NCBI RefSeq assembly: GCF_963921235.1
Contig: NC_086107.1
Coordinates: 112,532,001-112,596,000 of the forward strand
Reading direction: 5' to 3'
Length of the DNA: 64,000 nt
Origin: Mobula hypostoma
Lineage: Eukaryota
Part shown: positions 1 to 12,919 of the stretch, one piece after another
Numbering within the stretch: position 1 is the stretch's first letter
Layout of the letters: each line of letters starts with the position of its first letter
Translations under genes and position numbers: made by a program
The notes under the pieces: model-generated
The model's database searches: none
Seen by the model: the letters and a program-made list of their open reading frames with translations, nothing else
What the model was told of the DNA's origin: nothing

Positions 1-335
1 ACAACAGGAATTCTGCAGATGCTGGAAATTCAAGCAACACACATCAAAGTTGCTGGTGAACGCAGCAGGCCAGGCAGCATCTCTAGGAAGAAGTAACATC
101 GAGGGCTGGAGAGGAAGGGGTCTGATAGGAGAGAAGAGTGGGCCATAGGAGAAAGAGAAAAAGGCAGAGGGGCACCAATGGGAGGTGATAGGCAGGAGAA
201 GAGAAGAGGTAGGAGGCAAAAGTAGGGAACAGAAGAAGAGAGGAGGGGAAGGTGAAAAAAATGATCCCACCCACCTGGCTTCACCTGTGGACGCTGCCTG
301 ACCTGCTGAGTTGCTCCAGCATTTTGAGTGTGTTA
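1..335. mobile_element. Penelope-like terminal fragments in both orientations
   Basis: 1-95 is the reverse complement of the Penelope end at about 16810-16900; 290-335 is a plus-strand terminus. Confidence 0.7.
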
Positions 336-689
336 TACAACTTATTTGCTCTCTTTCGTAAATCTACTTCCCACTTGGTCTTAAACTAATTGCCGATGTC
401 CCTACGCAGATTTCTACATTCATATTAAAAAATTTAGGTATGAACTTTATTAAGTCACTCTCAAATTCAATTTAAAATGCTGTCATACTATTATCTGTCT
501 TTCTCAGAATTGTTAATTAACTAACGCACTGCATAACAATAAATTTTAAATGGGTTGCCCCTAGTTAGTTCCTTGATTTAGAAGACAATTAAATCTCTGA
601 CTGGATCAGGACACTGAATAGCAATGGTTATGTACAGACCATCCCTGGGTTATGAATTCCTAACTTATGGACCTTTCTCCATATGAGCC

Positions 690-1420
690 CATAAGACCAT
701 AAGAGATAGGAGCAGAATTAGGCCATTTGGCCCATCGAGTCTGCTCCACTGTTTCATCATGGCTGATCCATTTTCCCTCTCAGCCCCTATCTCCTGCCTT
801 CTCCCTGTAACCCTTCATACCTTGACTAATCAATCAACCTCTGCCTTAAATATACCCAATGACTTAGCCTCCACAGCCACTTTCCACAAATTCACCACTC
901 TCTGGCTAAAGAAATTCCTCCTCATCTCTGTTCTAAAAGGATGCCCCTCTACTTTCAGGCTGTATCCTCTGGTCTTAGACTCACCTACCATAGCAAACAT
1001 CCTCTCCACATTCACTCTCTCGAGGCCTTTCGACATTTGATAGGTTTCAATGTAGTCACCCCTCATTCTTCTGAATTCCAGTGAGTAGAGGCCCAGAGCC
1101 ATCAAGTCCTCCTCAGATGACAAATTATTCGATCCCAGAATCATTTTCATGAACCTCCTTTGAACCCCCTCCAACGTCAGCACATCCTTCCTTAGATAAG
1201 GGGCCCAAAACTGCTCACAATACCCCAAGTGAAGCCTCACCAGTGCTTTATAAAGTATCAACATTACATCCTTGTTTTTATATTCTGGTCCTCTCGAAAT
1301 GAATCCTAACATCACATTTGCATTCCACACCACAGACTCAACCTGCAAATTAACCTTTAGGGAACCCTGCACAAGGACTCCCAAGTCCCTTTGGCCATCA
1401 GATTTTGGAATCTTCTCTCC
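690..1420 (-). mobile_element. CR1-clade LINE 3' fragment
   Basis: ORF 830..1471 contains LYKALVRLHLGYCEQFWAPYLRKD...RRNFFSQRVVNLW, the CR1 ORF2 C-terminus; CATAAGAC-type tail at about 690-705. Confidence 0.9.
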
Positions 1421-1589
1421 ATTATTATTCTCTCCAATAATATGAACCAAATTATAACTTAAGTCCGACATAATTTTAGATATTATTTCCTAATGGCAGT
1501 ATTAGTCTCCTCTCTCTCTCTCTCCAATTTTAGTAATTGTTTCTTTTTTTATCAGTCTTATTTGATTTTGATAGCATTTCTTTATTTAT

Positions 1590-1870
1590 TTTACTTAGAG
1601 ATACAGAGTGGAACAGGCTCTTCCGGCCCAGTGACCTGCACCACCCACCGACTTAACCCCAGCCTAATCACAGGACAATTTACAAAGACCAATTAACCTA
1701 CCAACTGGTGCATCTTTGGACTCTGGGAGGAAATCGGAGCACCCGGAGGAAACCCCGTGCACACGGGAAGGAACGTACAAACTTGCTTACAGAGGAGGTG
1801 GGAACTGAGCTCCGAATTCCGACGCCCCGAGCTGTAGCAGCGGTGAGCTACGCTACTGTGGCACCCCAGT
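1590..1870 (-). mobile_element. V-SINE (HE1-like), minus strand
   Basis: Reverse complement of the V-domain core GGGTTTCCTCCGGGTGCTCC at about 1735-1757. Confidence 0.75.
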
Positions 1871-2004
1871 GCTATGGAGGTGTGGTTACCATATTGAATG
1901 ATTTTGTGTCCTTTCCAACGAAGGAATAAAATCTATTGATGGACGCCATTAAAAACGGAACCCGTTCATCATTTGAGGGCGGCGTACAACTGGACAATGA
2001 CCTG

Positions 2005-2700
2005 GAAGTCTAGACTAATGATTGACAGATGAGAGTTCCAATCTAGCCATGGGAGCTGAGATATTTAAACTCAGCTAATTAAGTAAATAGGGTTGCAGGG
2101 TGCAGATGCCTCTCTACCAAGGGAGGTGTAAGGTTCTCCTTCCCTCTGTTAGCCTGCAGATCCCCTGCTTAGCCTCCCGCACCCTCCCCCCCCCCACCGA
2201 AGATCAGGGTCACGTGAAACCATGGGAGCAGGTGGTGGATGGTCGTATGAGCAGCTGGTGCATATCACAAGTCCTGGTTACACTACCACTGACGCCAGGC
2301 AGACCATCTCTGAAAAGTATTGATAATGGCTGGGGTCACCCATCTTGTAAAGACACTGCCCAGAAGAAGGCAGTGAATGGCAAGCCACTTCTATCGAAAA
2401 GTTTGTCAAGAACATTCATGGTCAAGGAAAGACGATGATCGCCTACGTCATTCATCACAGCACATAATGAATGAACAAATTAAATAATCTAGCACTTATA
2501 AGAAAGTGAGTAACTGTAACTATGAACCTACTGGATTACTGTGCAATCTACCTGGTTCCTAACATCTTTCAGGGAAGAGATCTGCTGCCTATCCAGACCG
2601 ACCAATATGCTTGATTTGTAACTGGTTAATGAAAGGGTTTAGCAAGACACTGAACTCAGAGGGCTTCTAGAGAGAGACGTTTTATGCCTGACTTCACAAA
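2005..2700 (+). mobile_element. Old degenerate tRNA-derived SINE (DeuSINE/SacSINE1-like) split by a younger insertion of about 390 bp (about 2090-2475)
   Basis: GTCTAGACTAAT...GAGTTCCAATCTAGCCATGGGAGCTG 5' part resumes after about 2478 (ATGAACCTACTGGATT...CTTTCAGGGAAG...AGCAAGACACT). Recognised from memory of the elasmobranch consensus. Confidence 0.45.
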
Positions 2701-3314
2701 CACAGTCCTATCCCATGGACAATCACTGAACAAGTTCTGTGAACTTACCTTCTACAGTGTTAATGCACAACTGATTCACCACATGTGAAGGCCAGGGGCT
2801 GGACTTGGTTGTCAGAGGCTATTTGAGACGCATGCCATTGGGAGCATTTTGATAGATAGTGGGAGCTTCTCCCCAGTTCCACCCCCTGGCTATGACAACC
2901 TTACATTTGTATGTTCTCCCCGTGGCTACATGTGTTTCCTCTAGGGTCTTCAGTTTCTCCTACATTCCAAAAGCGTACAGGTAGTACATTGTGGGCATGC
3001 TATGTCAGTGCTAGAAGCTTGGGCGATACTTGTGGGCTGCCCCCAGCCCATTCTTGGACCGTGTTGGTTGTTAACACAAACATCACATTTCACTCTGAGT
3101 CTTGATGTTTCAGCTTACATGTGACAAACACAGCTAATCTTACTTCTTACTTCCAATACTCTGTTTGATCCATAAGGCTAATTGCGTAATGCAGAGGATT
3201 CTGATTAATTGGGACCAGTATGTATTGGCTCGATTAAGCAGCTGCCCCAATGAGCCGAATGTCAATGGAAATAGTTTTTAAAAGTATGAAAAAGACAAAC
3301 TCCACCGTAAACTG

Positions 3315-3880
3315 GGGTATCGCTTCATTGAGCACCTCCACTCCAGCCACCTCAAGCGGACGGCCAAACATTTTAATTCCCATTCCCATTCCCATTCCCA
3401 GATGTCAGTTCACGGCCTCCTCTTGTGAGGCCACCCTTCAGGGAGCGACACCTTATATTCCGTCTGGGTAGCTCCAACCTGATGGCATGAGTATTGATTT
3501 CTCCTCCCGGTAAACAAATTTCCACCCCCCCCTCTATTCCCGACTCTGACCTTTTACCTCTTGTTACCTGCCTATTGCTTCCCGCTGGGTCCCCTCCTCC
3601 TTCCCTTTCTCCCATGGTCCACTCTCCTCTCCTGTCAGATTCCTTCTTCTCCAGCCCTTGACCATTCCCACCCACCTAGCTTCACCTATTGCCTTCTAGT
3701 CAGCCTCTTTCCCCTCTCCCCACCTTTTTATTCTGGCAATTCCTCCCCTCATTCTCAGTCCTGAAGAAGGGTCTCAGCCCAAAACATCGACTGTTTACTC
3801 ATTTCCATAGATGCTGCCTGACCTGCTGAGTTCCTCCAACGTTTTGTGTGTGTTGCTTTGGATTTCTAGCATCTACAGGC
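3315..3880 (+). mobile_element. Penelope-like element 3' fragment (GIY-YIG C-terminus plus pLTR with degenerate hammerhead)
   Basis: Degenerate HFNS...HLIFRLGSLQPDGM coding remnant, pyrimidine-rich UTR, CTGAAGA..CCCAAAA motif at 3761-3784. Confidence 0.75.
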
Positions 3881-3954
3881 TACTGGTTAACTGAGTAAAA
3901 AAGTATGCATTTAAATTAGAACAGATCAGAACACAACCAATGCCACTGGTAATA

Positions 3955-4330
3955 GTCTGTCTTCTCCGACAATGACAGGAAACCTGTGCGGGAGAGTTTT
4001 AAAAGTGGATAAGAGAGTTCTACTCTCTCGACCTCAGAAGTCTGGGTCCAGTTTGACGTCACAACTGAGGTCTTCCTTGGTTGCAGTGGATGACCATGAT
4101 GTCTTCTGTACCTGGTCGTGCCCTTCGCTCTCCACGGAGCGTTGCACAGCTGCCTTCCTGGCCGTTGGACCTCGTCGTGTCTCTCATCCACCCAGTCTAA
4201 TGGGGATGACTTCACATGCTAGGACAGGTACGTCTCTATCTCACCGGGTATCAGGCCCTCTGGCTCTCCTCACCTGGTTAGCCCCCCTGTTGAAGTGGTG
4301 TACCATAACCATCTGTTGCAAAGATCACTG
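3955..4330 (-). repeat. Unclassified interspersed repeat; second copy on + at about 59835-60090
   Basis: GGAGAGCGAAGGGCA...CATCCACTGCAACCAAGGAAGA...CTTCTGAGGTCGAG shared in inverse orientation between the two loci. Confidence 0.65.
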
Positions 4331-5047
4331 CTTTTTCAACATAAACACATGCTATTTAAAACCTGTTCGCTCTCAGCACAAGTGCACGCGACTGACTCTA
4401 CTTAGCAAGTTTCCTGTCCCAAGTAAGCGGCACAGTGCCCCGTCCAAAGGGACTCCCAGTAACGCCCTCGATTCGTTTTTGCTCTTTAAGGGTTGACCCA
4501 AATAAGCAGCTGCCCTGATTAACCGATGGCCCAATTAACCAGAATCCACTGTATTTAGACGCTGTCCACCTACTCCATCAGATCACTTGCGGAAACAGCT
4601 AATACCTTCCGGCCATCAAAGGATCTGCTCATTTGGGTATGGACTGCCAGTCATTTAGAGTCACTCTGCCTCAAAATTGTCTCTTCTCCACAGAGAATTG
4701 TCATGCAAAAGGTGACCAGGTGAGCACCTGGTCTCCAGAATAACCTTTCACAAGCACCTGTCACACCGGCCGTTTCCGGAACAGTTACTACCCGACCAGC
4801 ATCAGACTCCTGAACCAGTGGGGACAGCTTCAGACTTCGCTCACCTCAGGTGCACTTATTCCACAACCCGTGGACTCTACAATTCAGCATCATTTTTTTA
4901 CTTTTTAAAAGTTATTTGAATGATTTGTCTTCACTTGCACTTTAGTTGTTCATCAGTTTCTTTTAGGTTTTTCTTAACTTCTATTGAGTTTCTTTATTTT
5001 CCTGTAAATGCCTGCAAGAAAATTAATTTCAAGGTGCCATATACGTA

Positions 5048-5587
5048 CAGTACTGTAAAAAAAGTCTTAGGCACATATATATAGCTAGGGTGCATAAGAC
5101 TTTTACACGGTACTATATTGGTCAAGGTGGGGGGAGAGCAAGTTTGTAAACGTCATGGGAGCAAATGATGTTCGGAATGGCAAAGGTGGAGTGCCACAGG
5201 AGGGGTGTGGGACAGGTAGCAGAGAAGCACAGCCAGGGGCAGGTGGCGTGGGGAGGTGCACCCAGCCCTGAGACACCAGGCAAGGTAATTTGATTCCGAA
5301 CAATTGGTTTATTGATCATTACAGAATGTCTCTCTGGTGCTTCCTGCTCCGTCCCCTCTCCCTTCCCCTTTTCCCAACCATGATTCCCCTCTCCCTGCCC
5401 CCTTCCCGCTCCCAGTCCACGATAGAGACCCATATCAGAATCAGGTTTATCATCACTCATCTATGTCATGAAATTTGTTTTTTTTTGTGGCAGCAGTACA
5501 GTGTAATACATAAAATTATTACAGTACTGTGCAAAAGTCTTAGACACCCTAGCTAGATATACGTCCCTAAGACTTTGCACGTTACTG
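5048..5587. mobile_element. Tc1/mariner-type non-autonomous element bounded by two palindromic modules of about 67 bp (5048-5115 and 5522-5587)
   Basis: Each module approximates TA|CAGTACTGTGCAAAAGTCTTAG...CTAAGACTTTTGCACAGTACTG|TA; the module cores are in opposite orientation. Confidence 0.65.
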
Positions 5588-5724
5588 TATTTAGATGGTA
5601 AAGTTACTTCGTACTTTGAACGATGAAAGAGGCCATTTGACCATCTAGCATCCAATTACCTTAATCCTCTCCCTGTCCCATTTGATTCTCCCCATATTCC
5701 CAACAATTCCTCCAACTTCAAAAA

Positions 5725-5935
5725 ACAAGAGAAAATCTGCGGATGCTGGAAATCCAAGCAACACAGACAAAATGCTGGAGGAACTCAGCAGGCCAGGCAG
5801 TATCTATGGGAAAGAGTCAACGGTCAAGGTTTCAGGCTGAGACCCTTTCCAGTCCTGATGAAGGGTCTCAGCCCAAAACCTCGACTGTCCTCTTTTTCAT
5901 AGATGCTGCCAGGCCTCCTGAGTTCCTCCAACTTT
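5725..5935. mobile_element. Palindromic (fold-back) Penelope terminal element
   Basis: Minus-strand pLTR end joined to a plus-strand pLTR end at about 5850. Confidence 0.75.
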
Positions 5936-6289
5936 TCAACTTTCATGTCTTTGATATGGGGGAGGAAACTGAAGCACTCGGGAGAAACTCGCGCCTTGAC
6001 AAGGAGAACGTGCAGACTCCACACAGAGAGCAATAGTCGCTGGATCCATGAGGCTGAAGCTTTAGTAGCTGTTGTGCGGTGCCACTCAAGCATGCGACAA
6101 CAGATTGAAGGAAGGCAGTGGATTCTGCTCTTGCCATGTCCAAATAGGTGACACCCCAACAGAAGTAATCTGATGGGCATCCACAGGAACCCTAGGACAT
6201 AGTGGCATTGAAGGAAGTGGGTTTGAACTGCATCCTTCGTACTTCTACAATATAGCCCACTGCTTCCAAATTTCTGCCCCAATCACCTC

Positions 6290-6580
6290 AACAAGAACAT
6301 GAGATAATGAGATAAAGAGTCCTTAAAGTAAGATCATTGGATGTGGGAACATCTCAGTGTATGGGCAAGTGAGTGTAGTTATCCCCTTTTTTTCGAGAGC
6401 CTGATGGTTGAGGGGTGGTAACTGTTCTTGATCATGGTGGTGCGAGTCCTGAGGCTCCTGTACCTTCTACCTGATGGCAGCAGCGAGAAGAGAGCATGGC
6501 CTGGGTGGTGAGGGTCCCTGATGATGGATGCTGCTTTACTACAACAGCGTTTCATACAGATGTGCTCCATGGTTCGGAGG
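6290..6580 (-). mobile_element. Rex1/Babar LINE 3' fragment
   Basis: AASIIRDPHHPGHALFSLLPSGRRYRSLRTRTT, the Rex1 ORF C-terminus. Confidence 0.8.
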
Positions 6581-6589
6581 GATTTATTT

Positions 6590-7950
6590 GTCTATTGAGA
6601 TACAGCCCGGAAAAGACCCTTTGGTCCTTCGAACCGCACCACCCAGCAACCTGTCGATTTAATCCTAGCCCAATCACGCGACAATTTACCAATTAACCTA
6701 CCAACCGGTATGTCTTATGGTCATACTTTATTATCCCGAGTATGACTATAAGACATACCAGTTGGTAGGTTAATTGATAAATTGTCGCGTGATTGGGCTA
6801 GGATTAAATCGGCAGATTGCTGGGTGGTGTCTTTGGACTGTGGGAGGAAATGGGAGCCTACAGCCTCAGGGTGTATCTGAGTGGTAGAGTCTGCTGTAGT
6901 TAATAGGAATTTTATTTTATTTCTTTTAGTTACAGCAAGAAATAGGCCCTTCCAGCCCGTCAACCTGCACCGCCCAGCAAACCCCAACAACAGTGATTTA
7001 ACCCTAACCCTGTCACGGGACAATTTACAAATGACCAATTCTCTCACCCAATACGCCTCAGGATTGTGGGAGGCGACCGGAGCACATGGACGAACCCACA
7101 CGTTCCATGGGGTGTGCGTACAGATGACATCTGAATTGAACGCCGAACTCCGACACCTCGAGCTATAATAGTACTGCGCTAACCGCAGCACCCACGGAAT
7201 GCTGGGAGAATAACTGAGGTGGCACAGTAGCGCAGTGGTTAGCACGACGCTCCACAGTACCGCTGATCCAGGTTCAATTCCCGCTGCTGCCTATAAGGAG
7301 TCTATACGTTCTCACCGTGACCGCGTGGGTTTCCTCCGGGTGCTCTGGTTTCCTCCCACAACCCAAAGGCGTACTGGTTGGTGGGTTATTGGTCATTGTA
7401 AATAGTCCTGTGATTAGGCTAGGATTAAATCAGGGATTGCTGGGAGGTGTGGCTCAAAGGCTCAGAAGGGCTTATTCCTGGCTGTATTAGTTAATTAAAT
7501 AGGACCTAAACAGGTCTCTCATGGTCAGTGTGAAACCAGTGGACTGAGGGGCCTCGAACTTTGCTGGCTGCTCCATGATTTAAGAGTTCTGATTGAACAC
7601 GTTGCCCGTGAGGTTGTTAGTCGGTGAGGAGTCTGCACGCCCTCCCTGTGCCCACATCAGCTACCTCCACGGGCAGGTTGGTGGGTTAACTAGGCACTGT
7701 AGTTGTCCCTGGGATGCAGGTGAGTGGTAGAATAAGGTGGGGAGGGAATTGCTGAGACCTCGCAGAGGTCGGCAAGATCATACGGCACAGTAACTGGGTG
7801 CGCTGGCTTCCTCCCACAGTCCAAAGACGTGCCGGGCATTGTAAATTGTCCCGTGATCACATTAGGGTTAAACCGAGGTTGTCAGGGGTTGCTGGATGGC
7901 GCGGCTGGAAAGGACAGGCTGTTCCACGCGGTAACTCAATAAATAAATAA
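6590..7950. mobile_element. Cluster of V-SINE (HE1-like) copies and fragments in mixed orientation; best copy 7218-7500 (+)
   Basis: The 7218 copy has A box TAGCGCAGTGG (7228), B box GGTTCAATTCC (7271) and V-core GCGTGGGTTTCCTCCGGGTGCTCTGGTTTCCTCCCAC. Minus copies at about 6590-6715 and 6920-7190. Confidence 0.75.
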
Positions 7951-8186
7951 ATTCATTTGGAGGTCAGGATTGAACTGGATCAGCTTATGACCCTCGTACT
8001 CCGTGAGGCTATCATGTGAACGGATCTAGGACCGTTGCGCGGGCTAACTGCTACACCTGGACTACACACTGCAAGCAGAGCGGTGCAGCGCGGAGAGCCA
8101 ATACAGCTTATCCCACGCTGTTTCTCTCAGTAAGGACTGACACAGGGTGGGGAAAAGGTCTAAGACATGATGGCATAAGTTGTCCA

Positions 8187-9005
8187 ATGCATAACGACAA
8201 GAGTGGTCTGGACGGGAAACAGCTTCTTCCCTCAGGCCATTAGGCTTCTGATCTTTCTGCCGCATCGCATTAAAGTATCACTGGTTAATCTGTTCTGTAC
8301 CTTACAATATTTATGCACTTTAATTTAGGCAACACGCTCAAAATGCCGGAGGAACTCAGCAGGCCAGGCAACATCTATGGAAAAGAGTAAACAGTCGACA
8401 TTTTGGGCCGAGACCCTTCATCAGGACTCTCATCGCCCTTCATCAGGGTCTCGACCCGAAACGGCGACTGTTCACTCTTTTCCACAGATGCTGCCTGGCC
8501 TGCTGAGTTCCTCCAGCATTTTGTGTGTGTGTTGCTTTGGATTTCCAGCATCTGCAGATTTCCTCTTGTTTGTGATATACACTTTAGTTTACTTATGTGT
8601 AATCCATCCGTAGATTTCATCCTTACTTTCATAAGTTATTATGTGTTATGTGTGTTCTGTGTACACCCTGCTTTACACACTGGTTCGGAGAAACATTGTC
8701 TCATTTGACAGATACGTGTATATAGTTAAATGACAATAAACTTGACTTGACTTGATGTCCACAATGTTCATCAGAGCTACAGAAAAAACAACATGTTGTC
8801 CTCTCTTGCCTATGAAAATACTCCTCTGTCTTTGCCCTGAACCCAACTGAACTGAACTGAACTATACTGAAATGTGCCTTTTGTGCTTTATATTCTGTTT
8901 TAAATCATTTTCTGCTGTCATTTGCATAATTTTTTTGCGTATGATTGGGAAGAGGGGTTTGAAGTTTTTCTTTGGGCAGGTTAGTTCCATGGTTTTCCTT
9001 GTTTC
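8187..9005 (+). repeat. Copy 1 of a composite duplicated block (Rex1 3' end + fold-back Penelope + spacer + retroposon tail); resumes at 11771-11803 after a CR1 insertion
   Basis: Colinear with 16902-17744, with the same nested junctions and the spacer TGTCCACAATGTTCATC.GAGCTACAGAAA. Confidence 0.9.
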
Positions 9006-11770
9006 CATAAGACCATAAGACCATAAGGCAAAGGAGCAGAAGTCAGCCATTCGGCCCATCGAGTCTACTCTGCCATTTTATCATGAGCTGATCCATTCTC
9101 CCATTTAGTCCCACTCCCCTGCCTTCTCACCATAATCTTTGATGCCCTGGCTACTCAGATACCTATCAATCTCTGCCTTAAATACACCCAATGACTTGGC
9201 CTCCACTGCTGCCCGTGGCAACAAATTCCATAGATTCACCACCCTCTGACTAAAAAAATGTCTTCACATTTCCGTTCTGAATGGGCGCCCTTCAATCCTT
9301 AAGTCATGCCCTCTCGTACTAGACTCCCCCATCATGGGAAACGGCTTTACCACATCCACTCTGTCCATGCCTTTCAACATTCAAGATGTTTCCATGAGGT
9401 CTCCGCTCATTCTTCTAAACTCCAAGGAATACAGTCCAAGAGCGGACAAACGTTCCTCATATGTTAACCCTCTCATTCCCGGAATCATTCTAGTGAATCT
9501 TCTCTGTACCCTCTCCAACATCAGTACATCCTTTCTTAAATAAGGAGACCAAAACTGCCCACAGTACTCCAAGTGAGGTCTCACCAGCGCCTTATAGAGC
9601 CTCAACATCACATCCCTGCTCCTATACTCTATTCCTCTAGAAACGAATGCCAACATTGCATTCGCCTTCTTCACTACTGACTCAACCTGGAGGTTAACTT
9701 TAAGGGTATCTGTACGAGGACTCCCAAGTCCCGTTGCATCTCAGAACTTTGAATAATAGTCTGCCCGTTTATTTTTTCTGCCAAAGTGCATAACCATACA
9801 CTTTCCAACATTATACTTCATTTGCCACTTCTCTGCCCATTCTTCCAATCTATCCAGGTCTCTCTGCAGACTCTCCGTTTCCTCAGCACGACCGGCCCCT
9901 CCACCTATCTTCGTATCGTCAGCAAATTTAGCCACAAAGCCATCTATTCCATAATCTAAATCGTTGATGTACAATGTAAAAAGAAGCGGCCCCAACACGG
10001 ACCCCTATGGAACACCACTGGTAACCGGCAGCCCATCAAAATAGGATCCCTTTATTCCCACTCTCTGTTTCCTGCCAATCAGCCAACGCTCTATCCACAT
10101 ATGTAACTTTCCCGTAATTCCCTGGGCTCTTATCTTGTTAAGCAGCCTCATGTGTGGCACCTTGTCAAAGGCCTTCTGAAAATCCAAATATACAACATCC
10201 ACTGCATCTCCCTTGTCTAGCCTACTGGTAATTTCCTCAAAAAATTGTAATAGGTTTGTCAGGCAGGATTTTCCTTTAAGGAATCCATGCTGAGTTCTGC
10301 CTATCTTGTCACATGCCTCCAGGTACTCTGTAACCTCATCCTTGACAATCAACTCCAACAACTTCCCAACCACCGATGTCAAGCTAACAGGTCTATAATT
10401 TCCCTTTTGCTTCCTTGCCCCCTTCTTAAATAGCGGAGTGACATTTGCAATCTTCCAGTCCTCCAGAACCATGCCAGAATCTATCAACTTTTGAAAGATC
10501 ATCGCTAATGCCTCCGCAATCTCCACAGCTACTTCCTTCAGAATATGAGGTTGCATTCCATCTGGTCCGGGAGATTTATCTACCTTTAGACTATTCAGCT
10601 TTCTGAGTACTTTCTCTGTCGTAATTGTGACTGCGCACACTTCTCTTTCCTGCCACCCTTGAGTGTCCGGTATACTGCTGATGTCTTCCTCAGTGAAGAC
10701 TGATGCAAAATACTCGTTCAGTTCCTCTGCCATCTCCTTATCTCCCATTACAATTTCTCCAGCATCATTTTCTATTGGTCCTATATCTACTCTCACCTGT
10801 CTTTTACTCTTTATATACTTGAAAAAGCTTTTAGTATCCTCTTTGATATTATTTGTTAGCTTCCTTTCATAGTTAATCTTTTCCCTCTTAATGACCTTCT
10901 TGGTTTCCTTTTGTAAGGTTTTAAAAACTTCCCAATCCTCTGTCTTCCCACTAATTCTTGCTTCCTTGTATGCCCTCTCCTTTGCTTTAACTTTGTCTTT
11001 GACTTCTCTTGTCAACCACGGTTGCATCCTTTTTCCACTCGAAAATTTCTTCTTTTTTGGAATATACCTGTGTTGCACCTTCCTCATTTCTCACATAAAC
11101 TCCAGCCACTGCTGCTCTGCTGTCTTTCCTGCCAGTGTCCCTTTCCAGTCAACTTTGGCCAGTTCCTCTCTCATGCCACTGTAATTTCCTTTACTCCCCT
11201 GAAATACCGACACATCAGATTTCGGCTTCTCTTTTTCAAATTTCACAGTGAACTCAATCATGTTATGATCACTGCCTCCTAAGGGTTCCTTCACCTCAAT
11301 CTCTCTAATCATCTCCGGTTCATTACACAATACCCAGTCCAGTACAGCCGATCCCCTAGTGGGCTCAACAACAAGCTGTTCTAAAAAGCCATCTCGCAGA
11401 CATTCTACAAATTCTCTCTCTTGAGATCCAGTGCCGACCTGATTTTCCCAATCCACTCGCATATTAAAATCCCCCACAATTATCATAACACTGCCCTTCT
11501 GACAAGTTTTAATTTGTAGTCCACATCCCTGCAGCTGTTTGGAGGCCTATAAATAACTGCCATCAGGGTCCTTTTACTCCTGCTATTTCTTAGCTCAACC
11601 CATAAAGATTCTGCACCTTCCGATCCTATATCACCTCTCTCTAATGATTTAATATCATTTTTTACCAATAAAGCCACGCCTCCCCCTCTGCCTACCTTCC
11701 TATCCTTCCAATACACTGTGTATCCTTGGACGTTCAGCTCCCAGAGACATGCATCCTTTAGCCAGGTTTC
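9006..11770 (-). mobile_element. CR1-clade LINE, 5'-truncated, about 2.77 kb; ORF2 (partial APE endonuclease + RT) broken by a few stops, frameshifts and small deletions
   Basis: ORFs 11716-11483, 11486-11091 (GDFN, GSDHN), 11087-10005 (SPGPDG, NYRPVSLTS, YLDFQKAFDKVPH), 9998-9741 (KFADDTK) and 9674-9381; (CATAAGAC)n tail at 9006; GTTTC on both flanks. Confidence 0.95.
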
Positions 11771-12913
11771 ATGGCTGTCTGTGAGGAAGACAAATCTCAG
11801 GGTGCGGAAAACAGTCTAAAACTAGATGGCATAGGTTGTGCGTTTAGAATTTCAATATTATTTGAGTAATCTTGTATAAATATTGTTTCAGCATTCTTCT
11901 TCATTTAAATAATCAATTATGGGTTATATGTAAAAATATCTAAAGTGCATACATCATCACTCTACCACGTGATACGTGCACACCTCGCTAAAAGTAAGGA
12001 CGAAGTTACACCTGCATTCCCGTACTCCTGAATTCATTTGAATTAGCTTTATTGTTTTGAACTTACAAAACATAACACCATATTTTTAAGTTCAGAGAAG
12101 AAAGATTCAAAGGGGGCCAAAGGATCGAGTTTGCTGGCACAGAGGTTGTTATTGGGGTGTAGAATTGTTATTTTTCTTATCGTTTAACTTTCTTATAATT
12201 GTTTGTATTTTAATATATTCAGCCTAAATATATGTGATTGCTCAGTGAGTTTTCTATTTACAGTTGCCTTTGTATTTTTCTGGAAACTTCTTGGTTTTAG
12301 TGACAGGAGTCATATTATGAGAATCAGGCCATTTTATTGGTTGACTCTTATCAATGGAATTTTCTGTTATCAGTAGTCCGGCCTGAGAAGACCACAACTA
12401 TTTTTTAGTCTTTCTCCTTCCACTTTTTATCTCACCACGATCCTTCTCCTCCATCTTTGTTCTTTGCAACACTTAAAAAAACGATCATCAGCAAGTTTTA
12501 TGCCTCATTCTTGACTTCCAAAGTCAAAAGCATCAGGAAACAATGGTACGTCTGTGTCATAAGCTGCCTGAGGCAGTGGTAGAGGTAGGTTCAATTACAC
12601 TTAAAAGCCATTTGGATACATTCACAGATAGAAAAGGTTTAGAGGGATATTGGCCGAATGCAGGCAAATGGGACTAGCCTTGGTCAACATGAACAAGTTG
12701 GGCTGAAGGGCCTATTTCCATATTGTATAGGTCTACGACTCTGTGAGTGGAGAATGGGAAATGGATTTAACACAGGATTAGTGTAAATGGGGGTTATTAG
12801 TCAGTACGGACTCAACAAACCGAATACCCTAGTCCCGTGCTGTATTGGCCCATAAAGTTCCAACAGGGCTAGAGCGTAGACGGAGTCGAAGATGTCTACA
12901 AACCACAGAGAAG

Positions 12914-12919
12914 ACTTAC
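12914..12919 (-). promoter_or_regulatory. 5' splice donor GTAAGT of the Kv3 exon
   Basis: Perfect consensus G|GTAAGT after EINRA, the position where Kv3 C-terminal isoforms diverge. Confidence 0.9.

Larger units (their letters stand above)
3192..4551. mobile_element. Non-autonomous Tc1/mariner-superfamily (Tigger/pogo-like) DNA transposon carrying nested insertions
   Basis: TIRs CAGAGGATTCTGATTAATTGGG (3192) and CCCAATTAACCAGAATCCACTG|TA (4551); a lone right TIR also occurs near 25395-25417. Confidence 0.6.

Noticed and set aside
10005..11087. 360-aa reverse transcriptase ORF as an active or domesticated gene, or a retron-like system
   Set aside because: Part of a 5'-truncated CR1 ORF2 with stops and frameshifts on both sides.
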